In this document: positions 1-13,444 of the stretch, one piece after another
Layout of the letters: every line of letters begins with the position of its first letter
How positions within the stretch are numbered: position 1 is the stretch's first letter
Position numbers and translations under genes: made by a program
Notes under the pieces: generated by a model
The model's input: only the letters and a program-made list of their open reading frames with translations
Database searches by the model: none
What the model was told of the DNA's origin: nothing
From: Narcine bancroftii
Taxonomy: Eukaryota
Direction of reading: 5' to 3'
DNA length: 64,000 bases
NCBI RefSeq assembly: GCF_036971445.1
Contig: NC_091472.1
Span: 46,128,001 to 46,192,000 of the forward strand

Positions 1-136
1 ATCAAGACAGGTCCAACCCCATAAATAAATAAGAGCAAACCAATCAGCTTAGATGCTTATCTGTCTACATTTAAATATTCATTGCAGTACTGGTATAACA
101 TCTAATATCAAGACAGGTCCAACCCCATAAATAAAT
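1..136. repeat. Short direct duplication of 30 bp (1-30 and 107-136)
   Basis: atcaagacaggtccaaccccataaataaat occurs at both positions; the first copy is cut by the window edge. Confidence 0.8.
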
Positions 137-599
137 CGCTGCCTTAAAATCGTCATGTGTATTGTTACACTTCAGAATTCTTTAATCATTTTTATTTCTT
201 TTCAAAATATTTTTATTGATTTTCAGTAAATAATAAGTTTGTACAATACAATTATGGAATGTGCTATATAAAAAAAGACAAAGAAAAGCACTGCAAGAAT
301 AATCATACATATGAATTCCCAAGGCACAGCCATAATAATGAACATGGTAAATTTAAATGTATTAAAATAATCATTTTCCCAAAGAAAGGATCTTTTTTAA
401 AAACGGCACATTACGGATTTTAAAAAATCTCAGAAGTTGAGAAACACAGAAGCAAAAGATGCTGGAATTTTGTTGTAGGAGGTGCTAGGCATAAATACAT
501 TAAAAACTCAACTATTGGCACTCAAGATTTTAACCAAAAAAAGGGCAAATGTGCAAGGAATGGTCGGAACCTTAACCAGAGAATGAAAAATAGTTCAAA

Positions 600-1915
600 A
601 TTCAGAGTTTTTAAAAGTTCATTTATTATCATGTAACTGTACATATACAACCCAACAAAGCATTTTGTCCAGACCACGATGCACACAGACACACAATAAT
701 CACATATATAAATAAAGATTTAATTTTACGTGTGTGTGTGTATGATTTACTCAATTAGAGGATACTGTCAATCAATTTCACAGTCTATGGAAAGAAGGTA
801 GTTCCCTGCCTGGCAGTCCTGATTTTGATGCTCCTGTACCTCCTACTTGATGGTAGTGGGTTAAAGATACTGTGTGCTGGATGGAAAAATCTAAAATTTT
901 TTAAGCCCTATTTAAGCAATGTCCCAGTAAACGTTGTTAATAGAGGAAAAGACCTCGATAATCTTTTTAGCCGTTTTGATTATCCTCTGAATTGACTTCG
1001 AGTCAAATGCTTTGTAGTTACCCTATGATGAAGCCACACAAGATGCTCTCAATTGTACTCCTGTAGAAAGTTGCCAAGATGGGGGCTGGTAGCTTTGCCC
1101 TCTTCAAATCTTCTAATGAGTTGTTGTGGGTCCAGGATAGGTTATCCTTTATATGCACACCAAAGAACTTTGTGCTCTCCACTCACTTCAGGGTGGAACT
1201 ATTGATGTTTAATGGAAAATTGTCAACCTTCATTTCAATTTTAAATTTAAATCATCCTTCTGAAGTCCACAATCATCTCCTTTGTCTTGTCCATATTGAG
1301 ACACCAGATTATTGTTCTTGCACCATTTTATGAGACTCCCAACCTCCCCTCAGTAATCCAACGCATCGTTGTCGCCAATGAGATCAACTATTGTTGAATC
1401 AAAGTTCAGATTTATCATCCTCAACCTTTCTGATTCTGTTTGAACTGAATCTGGCAGTGCAATCACGAGTTAGCAGTATGACCAGTAGCAGGCTGAGCAC
1501 AAACCCCTGAGATATGACAATGTTCAGCCTGTTGGGACATGAGATTTTGCTACCAACCTGGACTGACTGTGGTCTTTCAGTCAAGAAGTCCAGAATCCAG
1601 TTGCAGAGGGGTGTCGAGTCCCAGCGAGGACAGTTTATCCACCAGCTTCTGAGGTATAATCATGTTGTACACCAAGCTGGAGTGAATGAACAAACAGCCT
1701 GGCGATATGGGGCATTGTTCTCTAGGAGGGTCAGAAGGGAGTGGAGGGTCAAGCTTTAGCATCATCTGTCGACCGGTTTGGATGGTAGGCAAACTAGAAC
1801 GGGACCAATGTTGCTGAAAGGTGTAATTTGATACGTTCCACTACCAGTCGTTCAAAGCAATTCATAATCATTGAGGTCAGTGCCACTGGACAGTAGTCAT
1901 TCAATTCAGTTACAG
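600..1915 (-). mobile_element. Decayed Rex1/Babar-type LINE (RT and 3' end)
   Basis: Minus-strand remnants such as LNDYCPVALTSMIMNCFERLV, WILDFLTERPQSV and SQGFVLSLLL, with many disablements. Confidence 0.75.
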
Positions 1916-2199
1916 ACAACAGAGATCTGTGAAAGCTGAAGGCAGTTAAACAACAAAGAATTAATAATAATTTGACTTGAATCAAGTAAGGCAACCTACT
2001 GAAAAGGAGGGAATGGCTTATGTTCCTTATCTCTATGCTATTCATAAAATCAAGTTATTTTAATGTAAACAATAAATTTAATCATAATTTCTGTTCTGCA
2101 TCTTCAAAAGAAAGCAGCTTAAGAATTTTTATTGTCTTTTTTTAACCATCAGAAACCTTCATACAGGAAATACCTGAGCATCTAGTCAAAATTATCTAT

Positions 2200-3070
2200 T
2201 AAATCAGAATTTATTGTCATGAACAAGTCATGAAATTCGTTGTTTTGCAGCAGCGTCATGGTGTAAACATTCATATTATAACCATTTTATAACATTACTA
2301 TTAAAAAAAGTAAAAATACTAGTGCACAAAAAGTAAGGCCGTGTCTTTAGTTCATTGATTATTCAGGAATCTGATGGCAGCAGGGAAGAAGTTGTCCTTG
2401 TGCTGTTGAATGCTCATCTTTAGGTTCCTGTACCTTTTCCCCCTGATGGTAGCAGAGTGAAGAGGGCATGGCCTGGGTGATGGGGGTTTTTGAGGATAGA
2501 GGCTGCTTTTTTAAGACACCGCCTCATGTAGATGTACTCAATAGAGTGAGTTCTGGTGCCTGTAATACTGCAGGCCAAGTTAACAACCCGCTGGAGTTTA
2601 TTCTTGTCCTGAGAGTTGGCGCCTCCATACCAGGCAGTGATGCAACCAATCAAAATACTCTCCACGGTACATGTGTAGACGTTTGAGAATATTCAGTAAT
2701 ATACTGATCCCCTCAGACACCTCTCAAAGTATAACCGCTGGTGAGCCTTCTTTGTAATAACATCAACATGGAGGATCCAGGACAGATCCTCAGAGATGTT
2801 TACATCTAGGAATTTGAAGTTCTTGACCCTCTCCACTACTGAGCCCTCGATGAGGACTGGGTCATGTTCCCCTGACTTTCTCCTAAAGTCCACAATCATC
2901 TCCTTGGTTTTGTTGATGTTGAGTGTGAGGTTCTTGTCGTTACACCATTCAATGAGCTGATCTCTCTCCCTCCTGTAAGCTTCCTCATTGCCGTTCGTGA
3001 TTTTGCCAACAACTGTGGTGTCATCTGCAAACTTGTAAATGGCATTGGAATTGTGCCTGGCCACACAGTA
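2200..3070 (-). mobile_element. Rex1/Babar LINE 3' fragment, same subfamily as 35660-38220
   Basis: YKFADDTTVVG, KTKEMIVDFRR, ESILIGCITAWYG, PHHPGHALFTLLPSG. The 3' end cagaatttattgtcatga is shared with the 35.7 kb copy. Confidence 0.85.
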
Positions 3071-3569
3071 CCAAAGCAATGTCATTGTACAGAACTTTGG
3101 ATACAGAACTTTGTGAGTCTGCATTCAAAAAAAATGCTCAAACTGTTTAAGGTTCTGATAAGATGGACATTGCCTTGAAGTGTTTTTTCTAAGATGCAAA
3201 TGATCAAGAAAAACCTGCCAAATATATATTAGAGAATGAAAGATCCATTGAGAATGAGAAGTAGAAAGGACAACTGGGAAAAAACTATTGAGGGATTGGT
3301 GAAATCCATGATGATCTACATGCAAAAGTTAGGCTACTACAGAAAGTTGCAGACTGAAACAGAGCAAAACACCAAGTAAACACTGGGAATTCTGCAGCAA
3401 ACAAAATTCTTGATCCTTTAGTATAAAGTTTAAAAGATTGAAGCAGTTTCCTAAGTGAATGGTGAAATTTTTGGTGAACTCCTGGGTTTGAATAAATGAA
3501 AAGACATCAAAAAGAGCAATTAACAAATTAGAAAACTGAAGAGATTGCAAGAAAAGTCAATTATATAAT

Positions 3570-4250
3570 ACAGAAATAGGCTCCTTGCCTCAACTCATCC
3601 ACACCAACAAAGTTGTCTAAGTGACCTGGCTCCATTTGCCTGCATTTGGCCCATATCATCTAACCTGTTTCTATTCTTACACCTGTCCAAATGACTTTTA
3701 AACCATGTAATCTACCACTTCCTCAGGCACCCCATTCCATTTCCTACCAATAACTTGTCTCTCCGGTCCCCTTTCAGTTTTTCTCCTCACTGTTTAAACT
3801 AATGTTTTTTTGTGTTACACTTCCCGTATCCACCTTATCTATTCCCCTCATGATTTTAAAGCTCTTTGGTTACCTCTCAGCCTCTTTCATTCAAGAGGAA
3901 ACAGTCCCAGACATTGCAATCCTTCATTAAAAGTCAAACTCTCCAGCAACATCCTTATGAATTATTTCTGGACCATCTCTGCTTGATCACATCCTTCCTA
4001 TAGCTATGCAATAAGAACTGCAGATAATATTCCAGATGTGGTTTCACCAACGTCCTGCAAAGCTATGATATCACATTCCAACTCTTGTACTCAATGCTTC
4101 ATCTGATGAAGGCAAGTATGCCATACCCCATCTTCACCTCACCTACCTGTGTCACCATTTTAAAACTAGGTACAGATCTCTCTGTGCTACAACACTTTCC
4201 AGGGCCCCTCATTCCTTGTTTTGCCCTGATTTAACTTCCCAAAGTGTGAT
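3570..4250 (-). mobile_element. CR1-type LINE 3' fragment
   Basis: Typical reverse-strand CR1 3' end (ccttatctattcccctcatgatttta...aactgcagataatattccagatgtgg...gatgaaggcaag). Confidence 0.65.
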
Positions 4251-4457
4251 TGCTCTGTGTTTATTCACAGCAATCGAACCATTAAACTTTGCATTTTAGC
4301 GCAACACTATAACAGCACCAGTTTCCAGGGTTAGAATCCGGCGCTGTCCATAAGAAATCTGTACTTTCTCCTGGTAACCACGTGGGTTTCCTGCGAGTGT
4401 CTCCCACTTTCCACAGATGGGTGGGGTTAGTAAGTTAATTTTAAGAACACAGATGAC

Positions 4458-6728
4458 TCATGTAGATCAGCCTGGTTTCATTAAAAATAGGTATGCTTCT
4501 GATAATATTCTTAGAGTAATTTCGCTGATCAATGCATCACGTCAGCAACCCAACCTACCAATGGTAGTTGCCCTAGATGCTGAAAAAGCTTTTGATTGGA
4601 TCGAATGGAATTTTTTTTATTTAAAGTCTTGAAGAAATACAAGTTTGAACCCTTTTTTATTGGTTGGGTAAAGGCACTATATAATAATCCAGTTGCTAGG
4701 GTGGCGACAAATGGTCAAACCTCTTCGATATTAAAAATTATCGCGTTCAACTCGTCAAGGTTGTCCCTTGTCACCTGCTCTATTTGCGTTGGTCATCGAA
4801 CCGTTAGCTCAAGCTATTAGGCAGAATGAGAATATTGGAGGTATAAGGATAGCAGCCGATGAATACAAGATTAACCTATTTGCTGATGATGTTTTGATAT
4901 ATTTAACTAATCCGGAACAAACTTTAATTTATTTGCAAGAATGTTTAGAACAATATGGTAAATTGTCAGGATATAAAGTGAATTGGGATAAAAGTGAAAT
5001 ATTACCAATTTCTGAGGCAAATTACGATCAGTGTAGACAAATTACTAAACTTCGTTGGACTGATAAAATTAAATATTTGGGTATAATGATTGATGTAAAT
5101 GTTTAATCATTGTATAATTTAAATTATGTACCGTTAATGAGAACGATCAAAGCTGATTTGATTAAGTAGAAGGATCTATCTTTGTCATTAATAGGCCAAG
5201 TAAATTATATTAAGATGAATATTTTTCCACAAATTCAGTATCTTTTTCAGTCGATTCTTTGTTTACTTACGAATTTTTTTTTTCCCAGGATTTAAATAAA
5301 GTAGTATGAGAATTTTTATGGAAGGGAAAACTAGCTAGAGTAGCGATACAAAAATTGACTTGGAAATATCCTTTGAGAGGTTTACAACTACCTCATTTTC
5401 AAAATTATTATGAAGCAGCCCAATTAAGATTTACTAACCGTATGCTGGATGTTTCGTACCCACCCCCCCCCACCTAGTTGGGCTAGGGTAGAATTGGCTG
5501 GTATTTCTGAACTTTATTCACATCAATTTATATTTAAGTGGAATTCTGTTCTATTACAGAGATATAATGTACCAATTTTAAAACATTTGTTACAGATCTG
5601 GACTAAAAGGAATTTATTGATAGGTACGAAAGGTAAAATATCGGTTCAAGCTCCAATATATCAAAATAAATTGATTCATTTTTTGTTGAATAATAGATTT
5701 TTAAGGGAATGGCAGATTAAAGGAATAAAATCGACGCAGGATTGTTTTGAAGAGGGTAAATTTTTAATTGTTTAATCAACTTAGAGAGAAATTTGGAATT
5801 CCAGTGAATTCTTTATTTGTGTATAATCAAATTAGATCATTAATGAAAGATAATTTTGGAAGAGAAATGAAAAATCCTAAGTTAACGAAATTTGAGTTTA
5901 TGATTTCTCATTCACTAAATAAGGGTTTTATTTCTGAGATGTATGCATTGATGCAAGACACTATGGATAAAATAAATTTAGTTAAATCTAGGATTAAATG
6001 GGAAAATTATTTAATTTGTGATATTAATCAGGCCGATTGGGAGATTATGTATTCTGATGGTGTGACTAAATTGCTTAATGTAAGATATAGTATGGTTAAT
6101 TATAATTTTTTGCACCAGTTATATCTAACCCCTGAGAAGTTGACAAAATATGGATTTAGTAATTCAGAGTTGTGTTTTAGATGTGGATTATGTGTAGGAA
6201 CATTTTTACATTCAATTTGGTTTTGTGATAAGGTTCAATCATTTTGGCATAAAATTGGGGAATTTCTTCAAAAATTGTTTAAGATCCAATTTTTGATAGA
6301 TCAAAAAAAAATTTTGTTAGGTTGTATTGCCCCATTAATTGATTTGGAGTTAGATAAGTTTCAGACAGCATTTCTTCATTTAGCATTGGCTGTAGCACGT
6401 AAATGTGTTGCAATTTCATGGAAAGACGAGGTTGAGGTAAATGTAACTCGTTGGCATAATGAGTTGAGATCCTGTATTTACATGGAGAAAATAACATACA
6501 ACTCGCATGATAATTATTACTTTTATATTAAGATATGGTCATCTTATATGAAATGTATGAGTTTAGTAATATCTTAAATTGTTGTGTTTCTTTTATTTTC
6601 TTAATGCTTCCCTTGTGGAGTTTGTTGAGGGTGGGTGGAAGGGGGTGGGTTACTTGTAGTTTTTATTTTTATATTATGGACTTTGCAAAAGTTTTTCTCT
6701 TGAAAATATTAAATAAAGTTCTTAAAAA
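4458..6728 (+). mobile_element. 5'-truncated L1 retrotransposon (ORF2 RT and C-terminal Cys-rich domain) with 15-bp TSD
   Basis: VALDAEKAFD, RQGCPLSPALF, LFADD, IKYLGI, CFRCGLCVGTFLHSIWFC. AATAAA plus A-tail at ~6712-6730. TSD aagaacacagatgac (4443-4457) / aagaacacaggtgac (6729-6743) at a TT/AAGA L1-endonuclease-like site. Inserted at the end of a V-SINE (~4300-4440). Confidence 0.9.
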
Positions 6729-7651
6729 AAGAACACAGGTGACGAAAGGACTCTTATCTGAAAATATGCTCCAACTATTAATTGCTACCAATACACCCAG
6801 TATCACATTCAGCATTACAACATTAAATAATAATAAATTCTTTATTTATATTTCATAACATTTTAACTTTTATGTATTTAATTATGGCAATAATTGTGCA
6901 TATACTATTATAATCTACAAGGATCCTTGCAGCATAAGGACACAGAGGATTTTCAGTTGGTTAGAGAAAATACTAGTTCCAGATATTGTAGTTCATACTA
7001 CTTCTAGGCTCTAAAGGTTGTCATAGCCGAAAAAGGGTGGTAATGGGGACAAGCTCCCACTGCTGCATAAGTGCTCTTCATGATGTGTGATTCCAACAGC
7101 CTCTGACAACCAAGTCCAACTCCTGGCCTTCATAGTTTTTATGCCCAGCAGAGCTGTTCTCACTGACAGAAAGGGCAAAGGCAGGCCACTGGCACCTTGA
7201 AACCAGTTGCTCCAGGCAGATGGGGCTCATTAACCACAGATGATAACTCATCTAGGAGAGAAAAAATCTCCGACACCTTGTAGTTATTACCGCTCACGGG
7301 AAAATCTGGAGTTGGAGTCCCAAAGGTGGCTGACTGCTGTACTCAGCACAAGCTTGGCAACTCCTGGGATGCTGCTGGCATCGATTTTCATCATTCCTTT
7401 GGACCTGTCATTAGCACAGAGAGAGGAGAGTCCTACTGCATGGGCAACAGATGGATCTCCAAATCAACTCTGCCCTGACTTGTGCCCTGGAAAGGCCACT
7501 CCACAGTGACGACCAGAGGCACAGTACCTATGGTCGACCACGACTTATAGAGGCCAAAGGAGACAACTTCTAGTTCTCTACATATAGCTAATGAAAATTA
7601 GAGCTCTGTACATCTAATACCAAATAAAATTAAAATACTCAGGAGATTTAC

Positions 7652-7800
7652 CTTTCTGAAATTCCTTCTGTGAAGGTAAATTCCCTTGAAACACATGATA
7701 TGGCAGAAGCCTTTGCATGGCATCCACTTGTGATCTAAATGGTGTTTTATAGTCCGGTTGTAGAACGTTTCTTTGTTCTTCTTGTAATTGCTGAAGAATC
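7652..7800 (-). CDS. BICRAL: BICRAL coding exon 8, start of GLTSCR1 domain (ILQQLQEEQRNVLQPDYKTPFRSQVDAMQRLLPYHVFQGNLPSQKEFQK)
   Basis: tttaag acceptor, G|gtaaat donor, 149 nt (phase 2 to 1). Typical PDYKTPF...DA..RLLPYHV GLTSCR1-domain motif. Later exons were not found in the window, so the gene probably continues left of position 1. Confidence 0.93.
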
Positions 7801-8319
7801 CTTAAATTAAAATAGTAAAATGAGACAACTTGCTAATTATGCAAATTTAACAAAAACTAGAAGTTAATCCAAAATAAAGAATTGCTGGATTCATCCTTTG
7901 TACTGTGTTATAGATACAGAGATGGTAACTATTTGACAAGAAAGTTATTAGTTTTTTTTGGTTTTCATCATATATAACATAATCATTGACAATAACTAAG
8001 TGCATTTGTGGTTTAATATAAACCAGTTTTAAGGCAAATAAAAATGAAGCAGTGAAAACCTCAGCTCAAGCCTCTACCTAAGCAACACATTAGCTTTGGA
8101 GTGAATGGAAGAAACTGAATTATTTCTTTGAGGGTAAATTGTGAAGAATGCAGAGTTCAAGACATGATTCAATGGAAAACAGCTTTATGGCTAAACAAAT
8201 CAAATCATTACAACTGGTGGATATGGGATCCCTCAATAAAGTAACAGTCTGACCCTGTAAGTTCAATTTTGAATCTAGATAGTCTGCCTGATTAAAGGGC
8301 TCTGGATGAATAGTGACAA

Positions 8320-8575
8320 TAAGAAACATAGAACACCAGAGCAAGGCCCTTTGGCCCCTCTAGTTCGTACCGAACCCTTTATTCCACTGAGCCCATAATC
8401 TGCACCCACACCATTCCCCTCCAATCCATATAAATATCCAATCTTCTTTTAAATGTTGAAATTAAACCCACTTCCGCTGGCAGCTCTTTCCACTCTCGCC
8501 ACCCTCTGAATGAAGAAGTTTCTCCATATGTTCCCCTAAATGTTTCAACTTTCACTCTCAATCTATGACACATCA
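8320..8575 (-). mobile_element. CR1 LINE 3' tail fragment
   Basis: HRLRVKVETFRG...WKELPAEV...FKRRLDIYM on the minus strand, with an aacatagaaca tail. Confidence 0.7.
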
Positions 8576-9511
8576 GCTCAAAACACAGCATTTCATGCAA
8601 AAGGATTGATACAGAAATTGGAACTTATTACTGGTAAAAGTTATAATTAAAATCTGCATGCAAAAATAATGCATAAAATAGAAAAATATCGCACTTATCA
8701 GTATTACACAAACTATTAATTCAATATTCCATGAAGATTCTATTGCAATAAAAATTGTAGAGCAAATAAAATTAATCAAAGATGCCATGCAATGGTAAAT
8801 GTGGCATAGCTTATTATTGTTGAATTTTTACTAAATGTGTGTTGAAATGGGATGCAGATAGATACTGGAGAGTATAATGAATTGATTACAACACCTTCAA
8901 GTCTTGGAAATTATGTACAATTTAGATGAGGATGTAGTTAGTTATGGTGGAGGTTCTATTTAATGTTTTCAGTGTGAATGAACTTAAAAACTCAACAAGA
9001 GATTTATTCACGAACTGACAAGTGAGAATGTAGGGCTTTTACAAAATGAAAGAAACAGCCGTTGCTATTTTCAGGGAGATAATGAGAGGAGGATGTGCAG
9101 AAATATATTTGGATCTGGATGGCATGGAAGACAGTCAATGAGGTGGAAAAAGAGCATTTAGAAACCAATTGTAGAGAAATTTTTATGTTCAATAAACATA
9201 ATCATTTATCCTAGAAGCTGAGAAGTAACTTTGTTTGAAATGACTAAGCAAATTTGATGAACGGACAACCAATCTAACAAAAATAGTCATGCAGCCAACA
9301 TCATTTTGATAAAACATTTCAGAGGAGCAAGGACCATAGAGGACACAAGAGGAAGTAAAAACGTCAAAAGTAAATCAGCTTTGGAACAAAATTAATGGTG
9401 ATTTGAGCACTCGAGTGGATGGGAAGCTAATAGTATTACTGGTAATATTAATTAATACAAATACTTAAAAATTCTCAACAATTTAGTTTATCACTAAATA
9501 AATGTACATAC

Positions 9512-9573
9512 AAACTTTCTTTAGTAAGTTGTTTTGATGCAGGTCTCTTCTGTCCCACAATCTGGCCATCAAA
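9512..9573 (-). CDS. BICRAL: BICRAL coding exon 7, FDGQIVGQKRPASKQLTKES(L)
   Basis: ttctag acceptor, gtatgt donor, 62 nt (phase 0 to 2). Matches human GQKRPAAKQLTKGAF. Confidence 0.9.
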
Positions 9574-10050
9574 CTAGAATGAAACAAATATGTTATGAAA
9601 ATATTTGTCAAAAAAACCTGCAAAGAACCATTTTATTAGCCTGTCAACAAATACAAATTTATACATCGACCAGTCAATTAGAATACAGGTAGATGTAGCA
9701 CTGTGGAATAGCTCAGACTCATTTATGTTTACATATGCCAATGAAAACATTTAAAATTACATTAAAACAAAATATACATAAATTGCAGATTGCTAAACAA
9801 CAGCAAATTAAAAATTCAAACAAAGAAATAAATCTGTGCAATATTCTGTTTTCCCCAATATCTAAATAAGCAAGCAAATTAAAATAAATTAGTTAAGCAA
9901 CTATTGATTTACCTATCAGTAATGCAGACTTTCAAAACTATTAATTTTAGAGTGTTTCTTTTCAAAAACAATTTTTAAATTATGGCATTCCTCTACCACT
10001 TCAATGAGGTCCATTGGAGTAAATCTGTCCTTGAATATTCCTCACTAATA

Positions 10051-10751
10051 CAGGTTGTACCTCTCTTATCCGGCACTTTGTAGTCCGGCAACTCCCATGG
10101 TTCAGCATGTTTAGGTATGCGCCGGTTAATGCTCATTTGGGCAACGTCCAACCGCATATACGTCCATAGGTCCCATAATTATTCAGCTACTGCAAGCAAG
10201 TCCGCAGCTATTTGGAAAAAGCGATTGCTAGGGTAGGAAATTGTATACTGTATACCCAAACTGATCTGACTGCCCCACTCTCCCCACAGTCTTGTATCAG
10301 TCCCCATGCTGATCCCACTGCCCCACTCTTTCCCCATAGTCCCGTGTCGGTGCCCACACTGATCCCTACTTACAAATAAAAAGTTCACACATACACTACA
10401 GTATCCCATATAATTTTGCTAAGAATATAATATGGTGTTCACGCAGCATCTATATTGCTTAATGCCCAATTTCACAGAACATATTGTGGACGTTAAGTGG
10501 CGCATACCTGGACAAACTCCTTACAGATAGCATAGGACTCGAACCCTGGTCCAGATTGCTGGCACTGTAAAAGTGTTGCGCTAACCGCTATGCTAGCCAT
10601 GCACCCCACAGTATTATTTCCTGTTTTAAGCTTTGTTCTACTTTTGATGTTTACATAGGGGTTTCCCTTAGGGGTCAATTTCTGTTTTCCAGCATTTTCT
10701 GGTCTGGTAATGGCCAGGTCCCAATGTCATTGGATTAAAGAGGTACAACCT
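10051..10751. mobile_element. Tigger/pogo-like non-autonomous DNA transposon (MITE) with a nested V-SINE at ~10495-10610
   Basis: Terminal inverted repeats ta|caggttgtacctctcttatccgg ... tggattaaagaggtacaacct|ta. Confidence 0.7.
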
Positions 10752-11359
10752 TACCATTAAATAGTTCAGATAACTAAATCTTAAACTACCTCCTTGAAAG
10801 ATATTTTCACTCAATCCTTGAAATGAACATTGCAAAACAATACACAAATTATACTCCTATAATTGTTTGATAACATAAAATATGTATCCTTTAACACAGC
10901 AGAACTTCCCAATGTGATACTCAGGGATAAAACCAAAGAACATTTAACATTAAGTTACACAAGGAGATGTGTGCAGCTGGCCAAAAATTTGAAAAATGAG
11001 TCAAAGAAAAAAAGGGAGGGAAATAGGCAGAGGGTAATAGGAACAGAATTCTAAAGCTGTGGCAGAGAAAGGAATGTGCATTAATGTCCAAAGAACCATA
11101 TTGGAGAGGTGTACAAATATCTAAAGCAATTTAATGTTGATATTTATTATTTGTTATATCAAAGCAATCTTCTTAAGTATTTAGGATTATGTTTAAATGG
11201 TATGAAACTATGGACGCTATGGGACCTACCGAGTTTCTCCAGCATTTTTCTGTATTAATGACAAAAATGAGTCTTTTGTTATTGTATATTTATTAGAAAT
11301 TGAAATGATAAGTGCAAAATGTTTATTGAATATAAAAACAAATAAATCCAGCAACTTAC

Positions 11360-11481
11360 TTGTGAAATTTTCTGCATCTCTGACGGCCCTAATATTTTAC
11401 CCTGCAATGAATGTATTTGTCCCAAGTGCTGTTGTAAAGTGCCAGCGGCTTTGTGAAGTTGACCATCACTCATTTGCATGG
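11360..11481 (-). CDS. BICRAL: BICRAL coding exon 6 (AMQMSDGQLHKAAG...MQKISQ)
   Basis: ttacag acceptor and CAA|gtaagt donor, 122 nt, phase 1 to 0, exactly bridging the flanking exons. Protein similarity is weak, so the call rests on phase logic and splice signals. Confidence 0.7.
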
Positions 11482-12373
11482 CTGTAACATGGAGAATAGA
11501 ACAGAACTTATAAATGACATTTAAAAAAGAATTGTGAAAATCTAAACATGAAATACGAAGATACAAAGCAAGTCTGTTACTTTATATGCATTTAACTAGC
11601 TTTTAATTGACTTTGTTCCAAGATATTGTACTGTCTTGAACTAACTGACATGGATGGAACAAAAATAGAGGGTTACGGGATAGGGAGGGTCCAGTACTAT
11701 TTTGTAAAGGAATATATAGGTTGGAAAAACATCGAAGGCCATAGAGCCTGTACCGTGCTGCAGTGTTCTATGTTCTATATCAAAATTCTATCCACAGAGT
11801 GAGTAAAATGTGCTAAAACACAAACTATTACAGATATAGGTATTCTCAATCTATTTTAAATTAATGGAAGACAAACCCCTGGTTTCCTGTTCAATGTTAC
11901 AAGATGTGTTTATGGGAATAACTTAATACCTCCAGAATCAAACACTTAACATCCTGGACATTGCCTTCCTTAACATGACATTTTCAGCAAGTCAGAAACC
12001 ATCATAATCCAAATATTACACAATTTTCTATCAAGATTCCTAAATGTCTCAACTTGTTTCCAAACAGACACTATTTGGCTGTTTTATTCTAACTGATTAC
12101 AAGTTTTAACAGTGCAGCTTTTCTTAGGGTTCTCAGAATTACTCATGCATAAACAACTTGTTTCTAAAATCACTGAATGTGCATCTTGACTTGCCTTTTG
12201 CCTATTTTCAAATTCATTTTTTGCAGACTTTCAGCAGTTACCTTTTATTTTTGCTTTGCTTCTGTGCTCTGACACTACATGACCACATCACATTCAAGGT
12301 GCAATCATTTCTCATATTATTCATAACACAGAAGTGATGTAATGTCCATGTAATGGAAATTTCCCTTACATAC

Positions 12374-12590
12374 CCAGACATGTGTTTTTTCCTAAAATCC
12401 CTGAACTCGTCAATGAGCTAGGTATTTGTGACTGTCGTAGACCATCACCAGCATGAGCCTTTTGAACCGAATTAGGCGGAGTCTGACTTCCAAACAGAGA
12501 AGCTGAAACTTGATTGGAGAGATGCCCCAAACTAACCAATGACTGGCTAGTTACTGGCTCCTGCTTATTTGCTATCATCTTCTTGGAAGC
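12374..12590 (-). CDS. BICRAL: BICRAL coding exon 5 (ASKKMIANKQ...DGLRQSQIPSSL...CL)
   Basis: ttgcag acceptor, G|gtatgt donor, 217 nt (phase 0 to 1). DGLRQSQIP matches human DGLRQAQIP. Confidence 0.85.
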
Positions 12591-13444
12591 CTGCAAACAT
12601 GTAATTGAATAAATTAAATGATAAATTGTATGCTAGCTAGATGAATGTAACAAAATCTAATAGCAATTTCCACATGGGATTAGTCAATACAAATTTCACA
12701 TGGCATCCTGTATCATTCATTTAGAATTCAACCACTTTACAACTTGTGGATTTAATCATTGCATCATTTATAAAAATTTAAGGCACATTAAGTTGCCTTA
12801 GTCTTTTTTAACTATTGCACAAGCTCATGCATTATATCAATTTTGGAAAACATATCAACTGGTTAATCATAAATGTATCAGGCATCTAAAGGAATAATCC
12901 TTTCATAAATCTGAATACAACAGTAATCTGTTAGAACCACCTGTTATAAGATGATAAGATAAAAATTGAAAAAGGGAAAGCAAAACTATAAAAATGCTAA
13001 GTCACTAAACAATTCCACATCAAAAACATCAGTGAATAATTGAAATTAACTGTTACAAAATTGAATTAGACAGAGTGGCAGAATTTGCAAATCTCCTCTG
13101 CAAGGAGCTCTTCAAGGATTTCAATTGAAAGATATTTGTTAATGACATATATTAATTAATATCAAGTAAAGGAGGAATTAAGTCTCACATCAGTCATCAT
13201 CTCCATGAATGGCAAAACAGGCTATATATGTTCCTAAGTTCATAAAAAGTCTCAATAAAACATCAAAATTCACAATGCATACAAAGATTACAAATTATTC
13301 ATATTCCTTTGTCCCGATTTATAAAATAGACAATTTATTCTACAATCCAGAAGAAATATACTGCAGTTGCTGGAATCTGTAGCAAAACATTGAGTCATAA
13401 ATACTCAGCAGGCTGGGCAGTATCTTTGGAGGAAGAAGCATTTA

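Noticed and set aside
2085-2135. Minus-strand LLSFEDA resembling the next BICRAL exon (LLLEDAM)
   Set aside because: The preceding VDNEFE...LLKRTQAMLNKYR motif and suitable splice sites are missing, so this is a chance match.
7010-7560. GC-richer block with ORF 7240..7509
   Set aside because: Looks like an interspersed repeat remnant, but I could not assign a family or coding function from the sequence alone.
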